Assembly (NCBI GenBank): GCA_035510795.1
Contig: DATKGL010000028.1
Coordinates: 12 to 64,011 of the forward strand
DNA: 64,000 bases
Direction of reading: 5' to 3'
Source of the DNA: Patescibacteria group bacterium
GTDB taxonomy: Bacteria; Patescibacteriota; Saccharimonadia; Saccharimonadales; UBA4665
In this document: positions 26,502 to 36,231 of the stretch, piece after piece
How positions within the stretch are numbered: position 1 is the first letter of the stretch
Layout of the letters: each line of letters begins with the position of its first letter
Program-made: the position numbers and the translations under genes
The notes under the pieces: model-generated
Database searches by the model: none
Told to the model about the DNA's origin: nothing
What the model saw: only the letters and a program-made list of their open reading frames with translations

Positions 26502-28439
26502 ATGGGGCGACCAGTAATACTAAGTAATGGGCAATTGACTGTTGGTCTCAATGAAAGCGGTATTGTTAACGACTTTTACTACCCTTACGTCGGCTTGGAG
26601 AATCTGTCCAATGCTCGAAAAACCGGCCATAAAATCGGCGTTTGGGTTGAAAACCAATTTTCGTGGATTGATTCTGGGGAATGGAAAATCGACATCGATT
26701 TCGAATCTGACGCCTTGGTCAGCCAAACATCAATGCAAAACGACAATCTAAAAGTCCTGCTAACGACAAATGATTTCGTTGACCATCAATACAATGTCTT
26801 TTGCCGTCGTATTACCATAACAAACCAAGCAGATAGACCGCGGGAGATTCGGCTTTTTCTGCATCAGGTATTTGAGATTTCGCGGGCCGGGCGGGCTGAT
26901 ACTGCCTTATACGTACCTGATGATAACTACATCCTTGATTACAAAGGTCGATACAGCTTATTAATTTATGGCCAAAACACGGATGGTAAATCATTTGATC
27001 AATTCGCTATCGGTAATTACGCGATTGAAAATAAGGAAGGCACTTATAAAGACGCCGAGGACGGCGAATTGTCGGGAAGCCCGGTTGAGCATGGGGGCGT
27101 TGATTCGGTTATCCGTTTTCCGGTTAATCTGAACTCTGGAGAAAGTGCACAGATAGATTACTGGATCATAGCTGCTGATTCTCAATATAATGCCGAAAAA
27201 ATCCAACACTTATTTAAAAAGGACACGTTGGAAAAACGCCTGGATTACACACGCCAATATTGGAGAGAATGGCTCAGTGTCGGTGCTGACAAAATGCATG
27301 GATTGAGCCGCGACGATCTTGAAATATCAAAAAAATCATTAATGATAATCAAGGCCCATATAGATAAGCGCGGCGGTATAATCGCCAGCTGCGATTCGTC
27401 AATTTATAATTACGGCCGGGACTATTATAGCTATGTCTGGCCCAGAGATGGTGCTTATGCCATCTGGCCGCTCATAAGATTAGGCTACCACGAAGAAGCT
27501 AAAAGATTTTTTGAATTTTGCCGTGACATTTTAACAACCGACGGCTACCTGATGCATAAATATCAGCCGGATCGAGCAATTGGAAGCACTTGGCACCCAC
27601 TGCTTCATGGAAGGCGGAAAGAGCTGGCTATCCAGGAAGATGAAACCGCGATTGTCGTCTATATGATCGGCGAATACCTCAGCCACACTAATGACGTCGA
27701 CTTTGTCTTTAGTCTATACTCGACTTTCATCCAACCGGCTGGAAAATTTATGGCATCATTCATCGATGAATCGACTGGTCTGCCCCATGCCAGCTATGAT
27801 TTATGGGAAGAAAAGTTTTTGACAAACACTTATACGGCGGCAGTTACTTATCAGGCATTAATAGTTGCAGCAGAGTTAGCTGAAAAATTCGAATATCCCG
27901 ATGACGCTATATCGTGGAGGGACGCCTCAGATAAAATTCTTTCAAAATTCGATACATTCTATAACCAGCAGACCCAGTCTTATCGAAAAGGTTTCTTACT
28001 CAATGAAGGCGGGGTTCTAGACTTCGACGAGACTCTCGACGTATCATCGATGTATGGAGTGATGCTATATATCGGCAACAGCATAGACGTCAGTATGCTT
28101 AAAAATACCGTTACGGCAATTGAGCAAAAATTACTCGATATCAGCCCTTCGGGCGGCTCGCCCCGTTACGAACATGACCATTATTTCGAATCTAATACTC
28201 CCTACATGGGTAATCCATGGTTTGTGACTACGTTGTGGCTGGCGCAGTACTATATCCGAAACAACCAGCCCGATAAAGCCCGGCACTATGTTGAATGGAC
28301 AAAACAACATGCCCTGAGAAGCAAGGTTCTGTCTGAGCAGGTCAATCCATCAGACGGCGCACCGATATCAGTCACTCCGCTTATATGGAGTCATGCAGAA
28401 TTACTAAATACAATCTTAGATCTAGCGCAACTAAACTAG
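26502..28439 (+). CDS. glycoside hydrolase family 15 protein (glucoamylase/glucodextranase-like)
   Basis: An N-terminal beta-sandwich is followed by an (alpha/alpha)6 catalytic domain with [21 protein letters not shown] and WSHAE motifs. 645 aa. Confidence 0.8.
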   Translation: MGRPVILSNGQLTVGLNESGIVNDFYYPYVGLENLSNARKTGHKIGVWVENQFSWIDSGEWKIDIDFESDALVSQTSMQNDNLKVLLTTNDFVDHQYNVFCRRITITNQADRPREIRLFLHQVFEISRAGRADTALYVPDDNYILDYKGRYSLLIYGQNTDGKSFDQFAIGNYAIENKEGTYKDAEDGELSGSPVEHGGVDSVIRFPVNLNSGESAQIDYWIIAADSQYNAEKIQHLFKKDTLEKRLDYTRQYWREWLSVGADKMHGLSRDDLEISKKSLMIIKAHIDKRGGIIASCDSSIYNYGRDYYSYVWPRDGAYAIWPLIRLGYHEEAKRFFEFCRDILTTDGYLMHKYQPDRAIGSTWHPLLHGRRKELAIQEDETAIVVYMIGEYLSHTNDVDFVFSLYSTFIQPAGKFMASFIDESTGLPHASYDLWEEKFLTNTYTAAVTYQALIVAAELAEKFEYPDDAISWRDASDKILSKFDTFYNQQTQSYRKGFLLNEGGVLDFDETLDVSSMYGVMLYIGNSIDVSMLKNTVTAIEQKLLDISPSGGSPRYEHDHYFESNTPYMGNPWFVTTLWLAQYYIRNNQPDKARHYVEWTKQHALRSKVLSEQVNPSDGAPISVTPLIWSHAELLNTILDLAQLN

Positions 28440-28642
28440 TGTTTTCTCGGTTTGACTTCATTCCGACCAAGACTTTTTTTCGTCTCAGTAAAAATTACGC
28501 GTCGTCGCAGCTTGGGGCTGTATTTTTTTAACTTCAATTTGTCCGGAGTATTCTGAGTATTTTTAGTCGTATAATAAATCCGCTCTTTAGTCTCTTCTGA
28601 CACTAGAGCAATGATTTTTCGTTTATCGCTTTTTCTCGCCAT
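28436..28642 (-). CDS. rpmG: 50S ribosomal protein L33 (Cys-less form, 13-aa C-terminal extension)
   Basis: [47 protein letters not shown] matches the L33 pattern (..NYxTxKN....rLelkKy.P....h..h.E.K), with Ser/Thr/Leu at the four Zn-Cys positions. Confidence 0.85.
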   Translation of the reverse strand: MARKSDKRKIIALVSEETKERIYYTTKNTQNTPDKLKLKKYSPKLRRRVIFTETKKSLGRNEVKPRKH

Positions 28643-28717
28643 TATATGTACACCTTTAGTATTATATCTATCTTAACAGATCACTCGTTATAATTAAACT
28701 CTTGTAACAAACAAATT

Positions 28718-28792
<75 letters not shown>

Positions 28793-28888
28793 ATTAAATA
28801 TGCGAACAGTGAATGCATTTACTATATAACATTGGCACGGTGTGATCTACAGAGTTAAAGCAATATTGATTGATTTTGGTTTTATCAA

Positions 28889-29086
28889 CTAGTCCTTGGG
28901 CCAGCCAGGTTCAATATTAGCCAGCTTGGTAACTAAAACAAATACTATAGCTATGATAACAGAAACAATTACTGCCGTTACCGTGCTTTGAAACGCTGAA
29001 AAATCCCAGCCTATAAGCGCACCGAAGATAATCAGCGATATTACGCCCAACCATCTAGTTATAGGCTTCTTAACGTTATTGCTCAT
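28889..29086 (-). CDS. small two-TM membrane protein, unknown function
   Basis: 65 aa with two clear hydrophobic helices (WLGVISLIIFGALIGW and VTAVIVSVIIAIVFVLV). It sits between tRNA genes. No family recognised. Confidence 0.4.
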   Translation of the reverse strand: MSNNVKKPITRWLGVISLIIFGALIGWDFSAFQSTVTAVIVSVIIAIVFVLVTKLANIEPGWPKD

Positions 29087-29161
29087 GATGTTGCCCTTTT
29101 ATTAGTTGATAACCTGATATTACTCTTAAAAAAGTTCTAGCGTGCACGACGCCCTAATCTG

Positions 29162-29247
29162 TGGTGCAGGGGGAGGGATTCGAACCCCCGAAGGCCGAAG
29201 CCGGATGATTTACAGTCACCAGTGTTTGACCGCTTCACTACCCCTGC
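29162..29247 (-). tRNA. tRNA-Tyr (anticodon GUA), long variable arm, CCA encoded
   Basis: The reverse complement is GCAGGGGTAGTGAAGCGGTCAAACACTGGTGACTGTAAATCATCCGGCTTCGGCCTTCGGGGGTTCGAATCCCTCCCCCTGCACCA. The anticodon loop is CTGTAAA, and the variable arm is CCGGCTTCGGCC. Confidence 0.9.
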
Positions 29248-29251
29248 AATT

Positions 29252-29328
29252 TGGAGCCGGCGGAGGGACTCGAACCCACGACCTGCTGTTTACAAAACAG
29301 CTGCTCTAGCCAACTGAGCTATGCCGGC
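29252..29328 (-). tRNA. tRNA-Thr (anticodon UGU), CCA encoded
   Basis: The reverse complement is GCCGGCATAGCTCAGTTGGCTAGAGCAGCTGTTTTGTAAACAGCAGGTCGTGGGTTCGAGTCCCTCCGCCGGCTCCA. The anticodon loop is TTTGTAA. It has two mismatches (T-stem U:U and A7:C66). Confidence 0.8.
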
Positions 29329-29380
29329 GAATTAACCATTACAAGGGTGAATTTTAACAAAGATTACTCCTTGAGGCAAC

Positions 29381-30034
29381 TTATATGACCACTCTTTTTG
29401 GTCTGACGACCATTTTTGGTCTTTTACCCGTCTTAGTAATTTTTTTTAATTTTTCTTCAAGAATATCGGCTTCAGGTGCCATATCCCGGCTTTTATAGGC
29501 TTTGAGCAACAGACTATATGTTTCCACGTTTGGCTCTAGATCAGCCGCTTTTTCGAGTGACTGAAACATTAGTTTTTCGTTGCCTAATTTTTCCTGGACT
29601 TTTGCGTAAGCTACGTGCCTGGCGGCAAGATTGTCCTCGAGCCTGAGTGCTTGCTCAAAGGCAATCCCGGCTTTTTCATAATTCTCGGTGTCATAGTAGA
29701 TCAGACCAAGGTTATGGAGGCTAGATGGGGTCGGCTCGATGCTGCTGGCAATCTCGAAACAGTCAATGGCGTCACGGTATTCTTTTTGTTTTGCATATAA
29801 TATTCCCAGTCGGTTATAGGCAGCTGCATTACGATCGTCTATTTTGAGAATTGTCAGCAAAGCTTTTTCGGCTCTTAAAAATCTATTCTCACGCATGCCC
29901 TGGTGAGCTATATCCCATAAGCGGCCCAGGCGATCGCTTAATTTCCGGGAGAGAAGATTGAACTCGTCGTCACGTACGGCAAGATTACGGAAAGCGAGAA
30001 CTGCAAAGACCGCAATAATTAGAAGCTCTACCAT
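29381..30034 (-). CDS. membrane-anchored tetratricopeptide-repeat protein
   Basis: An N-terminal TM (MVELLIIAVFAVLAF) is followed by about 4 TPR units (AAAYNRLGILYAKQKEYRDAIDCFEIASSIEP...) and a basic C-terminal tail. Confidence 0.7.
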   Translation of the reverse strand: MVELLIIAVFAVLAFRNLAVRDDEFNLLSRKLSDRLGRLWDIAHQGMRENRFLRAEKALLTILKIDDRNAAAYNRLGILYAKQKEYRDAIDCFEIASSIEPTPSSLHNLGLIYYDTENYEKAGIAFEQALRLEDNLAARHVAYAKVQEKLGNEKLMFQSLEKAADLEPNVETYSLLLKAYKSRDMAPEADILEEKLKKITKTGKRPKMVVRPKRVVI

Positions 30035-30053
30035 ATCAGACTATTATAACAAA

Positions 30054-30920
30054 CTATAAGCTTAACATCAGGTTAGTTAACACCAGCTTCGGCTGGACAT
30101 TGTTCGTAGATGACACTTCCGCCTGGTAAGCCGCATTAATAACTCTTTGCCACCTCAGAATTGCCGCTTTATCGCCACGGGCGGCAGTTGTTTCAAGCCC
30201 ACTTTGGGCAATCTGTATGATCATTTTAAAAAGTGTCTGACATCTGACCTTATCCTTGGCCATACCATCAACCATGGCTAAACGATCAAACAGGCTAGAC
30301 TTCAATACTTGTTTAGCTTCTTCGACAATTGATTGTATGCCGCTGTCTTCATTCTCCAGTAAACCCGCTAATGCCCCGACTAAGCCACCAGACATCAAAT
30401 ATGCCCGATCTATTTCCGGCTTAAGATGACCCTGCTCAACGAAGTAATTAATAACTTCTGCCCTAGCCGGTCTTTTTAGATGAATAAGCTGGAGTCTAGA
30501 TCTAATAGTACTTATAACGCTCAGCTCATTATTCAGCGAAAGAATTAGCAGCGTACCGGCCGGCGGATCTTCTAACGTTTTTAATAAGGCATTTTGAGCT
30601 GGTAGCGTTATATTATCGGCATGGTCTATAACGACAAACCGCTGTAGAGCAACTTGCCCCGGGATCTTAAGCTTCAAAAATTTTCTCAGGTCTCTGATCA
30701 CATCGATAGAGATAATGCCCTTTTCCTCGGTAATATATTTCAAATAGGGATAATTGGTAATATCGGCCGGCGCTTTTGGAAGATATTGCCGGAGCATCCA
30801 TCCGATAATCGCTGCTTTGCCGAAACCGGCTCCGCCGACTATGCCAAGCGCATGGTTCTGACTGTTAATAAAATCCTGCAGCTCTGCTTTTGTCAGCGGA
30901 TTAATAACTATGCTACTCAT
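30054..30920 (-). CDS. holB: DNA polymerase III subunit delta-prime
   Basis: GIVGGAGFGKAAI, VVIDHADNITLPAQNALLKTLEDPP and SRLQLIHLKRP (sensor) are present. The start is set at ATG 30920, overlapping the rluD stop (ATGAGTAG). Confidence 0.8.
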   Translation of the reverse strand: MSSIVINPLTKAELQDFINSQNHALGIVGGAGFGKAAIIGWMLRQYLPKAPADITNYPYLKYITEEKGIISIDVIRDLRKFLKLKIPGQVALQRFVVIDHADNITLPAQNALLKTLEDPPAGTLLILSLNNELSVISTIRSRLQLIHLKRPARAEVINYFVEQGHLKPEIDRAYLMSGGLVGALAGLLENEDSGIQSIVEEAKQVLKSSLFDRLAMVDGMAKDKVRCQTLFKMIIQIAQSGLETTAARGDKAAILRWQRVINAAYQAEVSSTNNVQPKLVLTNLMLSL

Positions 30921-31785
30921 CGTTTTTAATAACGTTATTAAATTCGGTCGGTTGCTTCGCCTCAAAAACTCGTCTTTCACGGCTCGGTAATGTCAACTCT
31001 AGGCTAAGGGCGTGTAAAAATAACCTGTCGGCCGGCGGTCCGCCGTAGATACTGTCGCCCAATATGGGATGATTAATCGCCTTTAGGTGAACCCTTAGCT
31101 GATTGGTCCGTCCGGTTTGCGGTTTAAGCTCCAGCAGACTGAAATGCTGTGACGCCATTAAGACCTTATAGCCGCTGATAGACGGTTTACCATTGGTGCC
31201 GACTCGGAATGTTGAAGGTCGATTGGGGTTTCTCTCGATAGGCATATCTATGATAGCTTCATCGTGCTCAGGCCTGCCGGCTACAACTGCCCGATATACT
31301 TTTTTAACCTTGCGACTAGAAAATTGTTTTTGCAGCCAGGTCATCGAAGTCTTATTTTTCGCACAGATCATAACTCCGCTAGTATTTCGATCTAGCCGGT
31401 GTACAATCCCAGCTCGGTTGCCGTCAAGGCCAGCCAATTTAGGCGCCAGCCAGCTGGCGACCGTCTCTTCTTCGTTCAATGCACCTTTAGCGTGAGACAA
31501 TATGCCACTGAGTTTATTTATGACGACGCAGTCATCATCTTCATAGATAATCGGTATTTTTAGATCGTTTTTTATTTTAGTGTTGTCAAATGCCTCGATC
31601 GTTACCACCTGTCCAGGCTTTAGTTTAATGCTCGGCTTGATGCCGCCCGGCATGGATTTGATCCTGATTTTATTAACTTTAAATAACCTCTGGATATATG
31701 ACCGGCTAAACTGATTAAATCTCCGGGCTATAATTTGATCTAGACGCGTCTTTTCTTCGCTTTGGGTGATTTTTATTCGCATCAA
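30913..31785 (-). CDS. rluD: RluA-family 23S rRNA pseudouridine synthase (RluD-like, with S4 domain)
   Basis: The N-terminal S4-like RLDQIIARRF...IQRLFKVNKIRI, the catalytic HRLDRNTSGVMICAK, and GRTNQLRVHL are present. Confidence 0.88.
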   Translation of the reverse strand: MMRIKITQSEEKTRLDQIIARRFNQFSRSYIQRLFKVNKIRIKSMPGGIKPSIKLKPGQVVTIEAFDNTKIKNDLKIPIIYEDDDCVVINKLSGILSHAKGALNEEETVASWLAPKLAGLDGNRAGIVHRLDRNTSGVMICAKNKTSMTWLQKQFSSRKVKKVYRAVVAGRPEHDEAIIDMPIERNPNRPSTFRVGTNGKPSISGYKVLMASQHFSLLELKPQTGRTNQLRVHLKAINHPILGDSIYGGPPADRLFLHALSLELTLPSRERRVFEAKQPTEFNNVIKNDE

Positions 31786-31791
31786 GCCAAA

Positions 31792-32832
31792 CTATACTGC
31801 CGGCCGTAGGCCAACTGCTTCTTGAACTGCTAACAATTTTTTATTTGCGACTCCGGATATGTATTCTTCGTCTTTAGCCAAAACTTCCATAATATGATCG
31901 GCGCTAACTTCAGTTAATCTAGCCTGTAAATTAACCAGGAAGTCTTTCACGGCCGCCGCAACCACTCCTTTTAGTTCTCCGTAACCAGTCCTACCCTCCC
32001 ATTCGCCGTTAACATCCTGCTGCAGCCGATCAGTCAGAAGAGCTAGCATCTGGAGTAAATTACTTATTCCGGGCTGAGATTTAAAATCAAAATTAATCTT
32101 GGCTTGACTGTCGGTTGTTGCGGCCATCACCTTTTTGGAAGCCTCGTCGGGATTATCGCTTAACATAATTGTGCCGGCAGGATCACCGATGCTCTTACTC
32201 ATCTTCACTTCTGGATTACGCAATGATCTGATACGAGCGGCTTGATCCTGGCCCATAAATTTCACCTGCTCAGACCATTCCCCGGGTACGACGAATAGCG
32301 GTTTTTGAAATTTATTATTAATACGGACTGCCAGATTCCGGACCAGTTCCAGGTGCTGCCTCTGATCTTCGCCAACCGGAACCCAATTCGCCCCGTACAG
32401 CAAGATATCAGCCGCCATTAAAACCGGATAGTTAAATAACCCGACGCTCACCGCTTCGTCGCCAAGCTGTTTAGATTTCTCTTTGAACTGTATCATCCTG
32501 GATGCTTCGCCAAAATGTGTAAAACAATCCAGTATCCAGGTTAGTTCGCTGTGCGCAGGAATATAGCTCTGACGATAGATGTAGCTATCTGGGTTATCAA
32601 TATTTAAACCGGCGGCCACGAATATTTTTAAATTATCAACTGTTTGTTGAAAAAGATTATCGTGATTGATCGGTGTTGTTAAGCTGTGCAGATCAGGGAT
32701 AAACATGTTGAACTGATAATCGCCGGCGTGCTTATTTTGCAAATGAATGACCGGCAATATCGCACCTAAATAGTTACCTAGGTGTAGTTCGCTATTTGAA
32801 CGAATCCCAGTTAATATAACTTCCTTGCTCAT
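31792..32832 (-). CDS. trpS: tryptophan--tRNA ligase
   Basis: LTGIRSNSELHLGNYLGAI (HIGH-type), GEDQRQHLEL and KMSKS are present. 346 aa. Confidence 0.93.
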   Translation of the reverse strand: MSKEVILTGIRSNSELHLGNYLGAILPVIHLQNKHAGDYQFNMFIPDLHSLTTPINHDNLFQQTVDNLKIFVAAGLNIDNPDSYIYRQSYIPAHSELTWILDCFTHFGEASRMIQFKEKSKQLGDEAVSVGLFNYPVLMAADILLYGANWVPVGEDQRQHLELVRNLAVRINNKFQKPLFVVPGEWSEQVKFMGQDQAARIRSLRNPEVKMSKSIGDPAGTIMLSDNPDEASKKVMAATTDSQAKINFDFKSQPGISNLLQMLALLTDRLQQDVNGEWEGRTGYGELKGVVAAAVKDFLVNLQARLTEVSADHIMEVLAKDEEYISGVANKKLLAVQEAVGLRPAV

Positions 32833-32871
32833 CGAACTAATTATAACCCAGTAAGCTAATCTTAAGAAAGC

Positions 32872-33276
32872 TTAGCGTTTCGTAAATTGACGCTGCTTCC
32901 TAGCGCCTTTGAGGCCAAATTTCTTTCTTTCTTTTTCGCGAGAGTCTCCGCTCAACATGCCGGCCCTTTTCAGGGTTCCCTTAAATTCCTCGTTGAGCAG
33001 CACCAGAGCCTTGGAGATGCCGAGCCGAATAGCTTCGGCCTGTCCGTCGGGACCGCCGCCGGCAACTTTGACAGAAATAGAATATTTATTTTCGTGTTCG
33101 AGCGACGTAAAAGGCTGTGCCAGTTTATTTAACAAATACTTACTCTGAGAAAAGTACTCTTCAGCCGGCTTATTGTTAATCACGATCTCGCCGTTGCCGC
33201 CTTTTACCCGGACTCGGGCAGTAGAACTCTTTCTTCGTCCCAGACCATAAAAATAATCATTCTTAGAGGTGGGCAT
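32872..33276 (-). CDS. rpsI: 30S ribosomal protein S9
   Basis: YYGLGRRKSSTARVRV... is at the N-terminus, and the protein ends ...KGARKQRQFTKR, the canonical S9 C-terminus. Confidence 0.96.
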   Translation of the reverse strand: MPTSKNDYFYGLGRRKSSTARVRVKGGNGEIVINNKPAEEYFSQSKYLLNKLAQPFTSLEHENKYSISVKVAGGGPDGQAEAIRLGISKALVLLNEEFKGTLKRAGMLSGDSREKERKKFGLKGARKQRQFTKR

Positions 33277-33722
33277 TATTTGATCCCTTTCATGTCTAAT
33301 TTAACTGGTTTTTGCGGACGCTGATCGTGATCTTCGGTTGGATAGATTTTTAAACGCGCCAGTCGGCCGGGACGTAATTTATTGACCGGCAGCATACCCC
33401 TGACAGCCCGCATCAGTACTTCAGTCGAGTCGCGTTCCATTTTTTGACGTAAACTCATGGCTTTCAAGCCGCCGGCGTGCCCGCTGTGATGATAATACAT
33501 CTTCTGGTCGAGCTTATCGCCTGTGATTGCTATCTTATCGGTATTAATTATCACGACATAGTCGCCGCAATCAACATGACTGGCGAACATCGGTTTATCT
33601 TTTCCTATTAGTATTCGGGCAGCCTTAGTCGCGACTCTTCCAAAAGCTATATTGCTGGCGTCAATTAAGTACCAGACGCGTGAAACTTCAGTTGGTTTTG
33701 GGCTATATGTCTTGTTTACCAT
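33276..33722 (-). CDS. rplM: 50S ribosomal protein L13
   Basis: WYLIDASNIAFGRVATKAARILIGKDKP...GDYVVIINTDKI...YYHHSGHAGGLK is canonical L13. Confidence 0.96.
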   Translation of the reverse strand: MVNKTYSPKPTEVSRVWYLIDASNIAFGRVATKAARILIGKDKPMFASHVDCGDYVVIINTDKIAITGDKLDQKMYYHHSGHAGGLKAMSLRQKMERDSTEVLMRAVRGMLPVNKLRPGRLARLKIYPTEDHDQRPQKPVKLDMKGIK

Positions 33723-33724
33723 GA

Positions 33725-34162
33725 CTATTTTTCCTTAACCTCAGCGACTGCTTCAACTTTCTCTTCAACCTCATCTTCCGCTGGGGCGGTAACTGCGGCG
33801 CTAAGCTTATCAACAAAACTGACTCTCGCCAGCAGCGCATTATCACCTCTACGGTTGACCGTTTTTTCGATCCTGAGATGACCGCTACTGCGGCTCTTGA
33901 GCTGTGGAGCGATTTCATCGATCAACTTATGGGCACTGGCTGTCGTCTGCAATTTAGCAATAATCATACGACGATTGTGCAGATCGGCTTTTTTAGCTTT
34001 TGTGATCAGATCCTCGACATAGGGGACAAGTTCGCGGGCCTTTGGCAGGGTTGTCTCGATAGCTTGATACTTAATCAACGACTCGGCAAGGCTCTTAACC
34101 AGAGCATTTCTTTGGTCTGTTTCTCTGTTAAATTTTCGGCCCTTGTATCCGTGTCTGTGCAT
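33725..34162 (-). CDS. rplQ: 50S ribosomal protein L17
   Basis: MHRHGYKGRKFNRETDQRNALVKSLAESLIKYQAIETTLPKARELVPYVE is canonical L17. It follows rpoA. Confidence 0.95.
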   Translation of the reverse strand: MHRHGYKGRKFNRETDQRNALVKSLAESLIKYQAIETTLPKARELVPYVEDLITKAKKADLHNRRMIIAKLQTTASAHKLIDEIAPQLKSRSSGHLRIEKTVNRRGDNALLARVSFVDKLSAAVTAPAEDEVEEKVEAVAEVKEK

Positions 34163-34164
34163 TA

Positions 34165-35109
34165 TTAAAGCTCCAGTTCGGCCAGTTTCTCTTTGACTTC
34201 ATCCAGCGCCTTACTGCCAAAACCTTTTAAGTCCCGCAGTTCGGCGTCATTCAAGCTGAATAGGTCATTTAAGGTATGAATGTCATTATTAATCAAAGCA
34301 TTGGTGGTTCGAGCCGACAGGTTGAGATCATCAATAGATGTCATCAGATGGTTAGGCTCATCTTCATGCATGCCGGACATGTCTGTTTCGTCTTCAGCTG
34401 AAGGCAGAGGCTCAACCTCGACTCTTGTTTGGCCAGCTAAGGCGGTGTATTGATTGACGAGAATCGCAGCCGCCTCTTCAAAGGCGTCACGAGGTGAAAT
34501 TGATTCATCGGTGTCAATAGTAATCAGCAGCTTATCAAGGTCTGTTGCCTGGCCAACTCGGGTATTTTCAACTTTATAGCGAACCCGTAGAACCGGACTG
34601 AAAATTGCATCAAGTGCAATCATATCGCTAGGCTTTTGGTCGGTTTGTTCCTCAATTGTCCGATAACCGCGACCTGATTCGACTACCATATCCATAACAA
34701 AAGATTTTTTCGGGTCGTCTAGTGTCGCAATAACGTGTTGCGGGTTAACGATTTCGACATCAGCATTGGTCGAAATATCTTTGGCAGTAATTACACCTTT
34801 ATTTTGTTTAGTTAGACGGAGTGTCTGAGGTTCATCGCTAAAAACCCTGAACCTGACACCTTTAAGGTTTAACATTATTTCAATAACGTCTTCCCTGACA
34901 CCTGGTACTGTCGAGAATTCATGAGTTACACTCTCGAGCTTAAAGCTAGTAATTGCCGCACCAGCTATGCTTGAAAGCAAAACCCTCCGTAGACTATTGC
35001 CCAGCGTCATGCCATAGCCGCTGTGCAGCGGTTCGATAACAAACGTCGCGCTGTTTGACGTGTGGTCATCGACTTTGACAAGTCTCGGTGTGTGAATGGT
35101 TTTTGACAT
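34165..35109 (-). CDS. rpoA: DNA-directed RNA polymerase subunit alpha
   Basis: The N-terminal domain FVIEPLHSGYGMTLGNSLRRVLLSS and the C-terminal-domain HhH LNLSARTTNALINNDIHTLNDL are present. 314 aa. Confidence 0.96.
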   Translation of the reverse strand: MSKTIHTPRLVKVDDHTSNSATFVIEPLHSGYGMTLGNSLRRVLLSSIAGAAITSFKLESVTHEFSTVPGVREDVIEIMLNLKGVRFRVFSDEPQTLRLTKQNKGVITAKDISTNADVEIVNPQHVIATLDDPKKSFVMDMVVESGRGYRTIEEQTDQKPSDMIALDAIFSPVLRVRYKVENTRVGQATDLDKLLITIDTDESISPRDAFEEAAAILVNQYTALAGQTRVEVEPLPSAEDETDMSGMHEDEPNHLMTSIDDLNLSARTTNALINNDIHTLNDLFSLNDAELRDLKGFGSKALDEVKEKLAELEL

Positions 35110-35124
35110 ACTCTTTACCTCCTA

Positions 35125-35742
35125 TTAGCGTGAGTAATATTCGACTATTAAATTCTCGTTTAGATCTGGCTCGGCATCTTCGCGCGTTGGTAAGCCAGAA
35201 ATATCAATCTGCAGCTTTTTGCGGTTAACCTTGAGCCAGGCTGGTATAACGGACGGGGCTGGGCTGACATCATCAAGTCGTTTAAAGTATTCGGACTTTT
35301 CACTTTTTGGTCTGGCTACTAATACATCCCCAACCGAAACTCTCAAAGATGGGATATCAAAGCGTCGATCATTCAGTAGAAAATGGCCGTGCGTAACAAG
35401 TTGTCGTGCGCCAGCCCTAGACGATGCGAAACCAGCCCGGTAGACAACGTTGTCGGCCCGCTGTTCAAGTAAGCTAAGCAAGACCTCTCCGGATTGACCG
35501 CTGCTACGGGAAGCTTCCTTCATCAAGTTGCGGAATTGCCTCTCCAATAGCCCATATAACCGCTTGACCTTCTGCTTCTCCCTTAACTGGATAGAATACT
35601 GACTTGGCTTGCTGCCGCGCCCCATTCTGTTCTGCTGACCAGGAGGAGTTGATCTTTTAACCAAGGCTTTATGAGCTTTAGGGTGAAGGGCATAACCTTC
35701 ACGCCGACTCATTTTTACGACTGATTGCAATTCTCGTGCCAT
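35125..35742 (-). CDS. rpsD: 30S ribosomal protein S4
   Basis: SRREGYALHPK...YSIQLREKQKVKRLYGLLERQFRN...RADNVVYRAGFASSRAGARQLVTHGH is canonical. There is no N-terminal Cys cluster. Confidence 0.95.
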   Translation of the reverse strand: MARELQSVVKMSRREGYALHPKAHKALVKRSTPPGQQNRMGRGSKPSQYSIQLREKQKVKRLYGLLERQFRNLMKEASRSSGQSGEVLLSLLEQRADNVVYRAGFASSRAGARQLVTHGHFLLNDRRFDIPSLRVSVGDVLVARPKSEKSEYFKRLDDVSPAPSVIPAWLKVNRKKLQIDISGLPTREDAEPDLNENLIVEYYSR

Positions 35743-35758
35743 ATTTTTGTCCTACCCG

Positions 35759-36223
35759 CTAAACCCTTCGAGCTTTACGGGGTCTAACGCCGCCATGCGG
35801 TACACCCGTTACGTCTTTTACGCTATCAACACCAATATTCAGGTTCTGCAGTGTCCGAATGGCAGCATCACGGCCCAGACCAATACCTTTAACATAAACT
35901 TCCACTTTGGATAGGCCAAAATTCTGTTTAGCTAATTGGCCGGCTTTTTCGGTAGCTATCTGGGCAGCATAAGCCGTCCCTTTTTTCGAACCTCTGAAAC
36001 CGCAGGCCCCGGCACTACAATTTGTCAAAACATTACCTTTGTTGTCCGTAAAAGATACCAGTGTGTTATTGAACGCCGCCAGTACGTGCATTTGACCGGT
36101 ACTAACAGTTCTTTTGATTTTTTTTCTTTTTGGGGCCGCCTTAATAGCAGCTTCAGTCTCAGGTAGAACGGGCTGGTTTTCTTGGGCTACTGCTGGTGTT
36201 TCTACGATCGTTGGTTCTGGCAT
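35759..36223 (-). CDS. rpsK: 30S ribosomal protein S11 (about 25-aa N-terminal extension)
   Basis: The core is GQMHVLAAFNNTLVSFTDNKGNVL...GFRGSKKGTAYAAQ...PHGGVRPRKARRV. Confidence 0.95.
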   Translation of the reverse strand: MPEPTIVETPAVAQENQPVLPETEAAIKAAPKRKKIKRTVSTGQMHVLAAFNNTLVSFTDNKGNVLTNCSAGACGFRGSKKGTAYAAQIATEKAGQLAKQNFGLSKVEVYVKGIGLGRDAAIRTLQNLNIGVDSVKDVTGVPHGGVRPRKARRV

Positions 36224-36231
36224 ACAATTCC

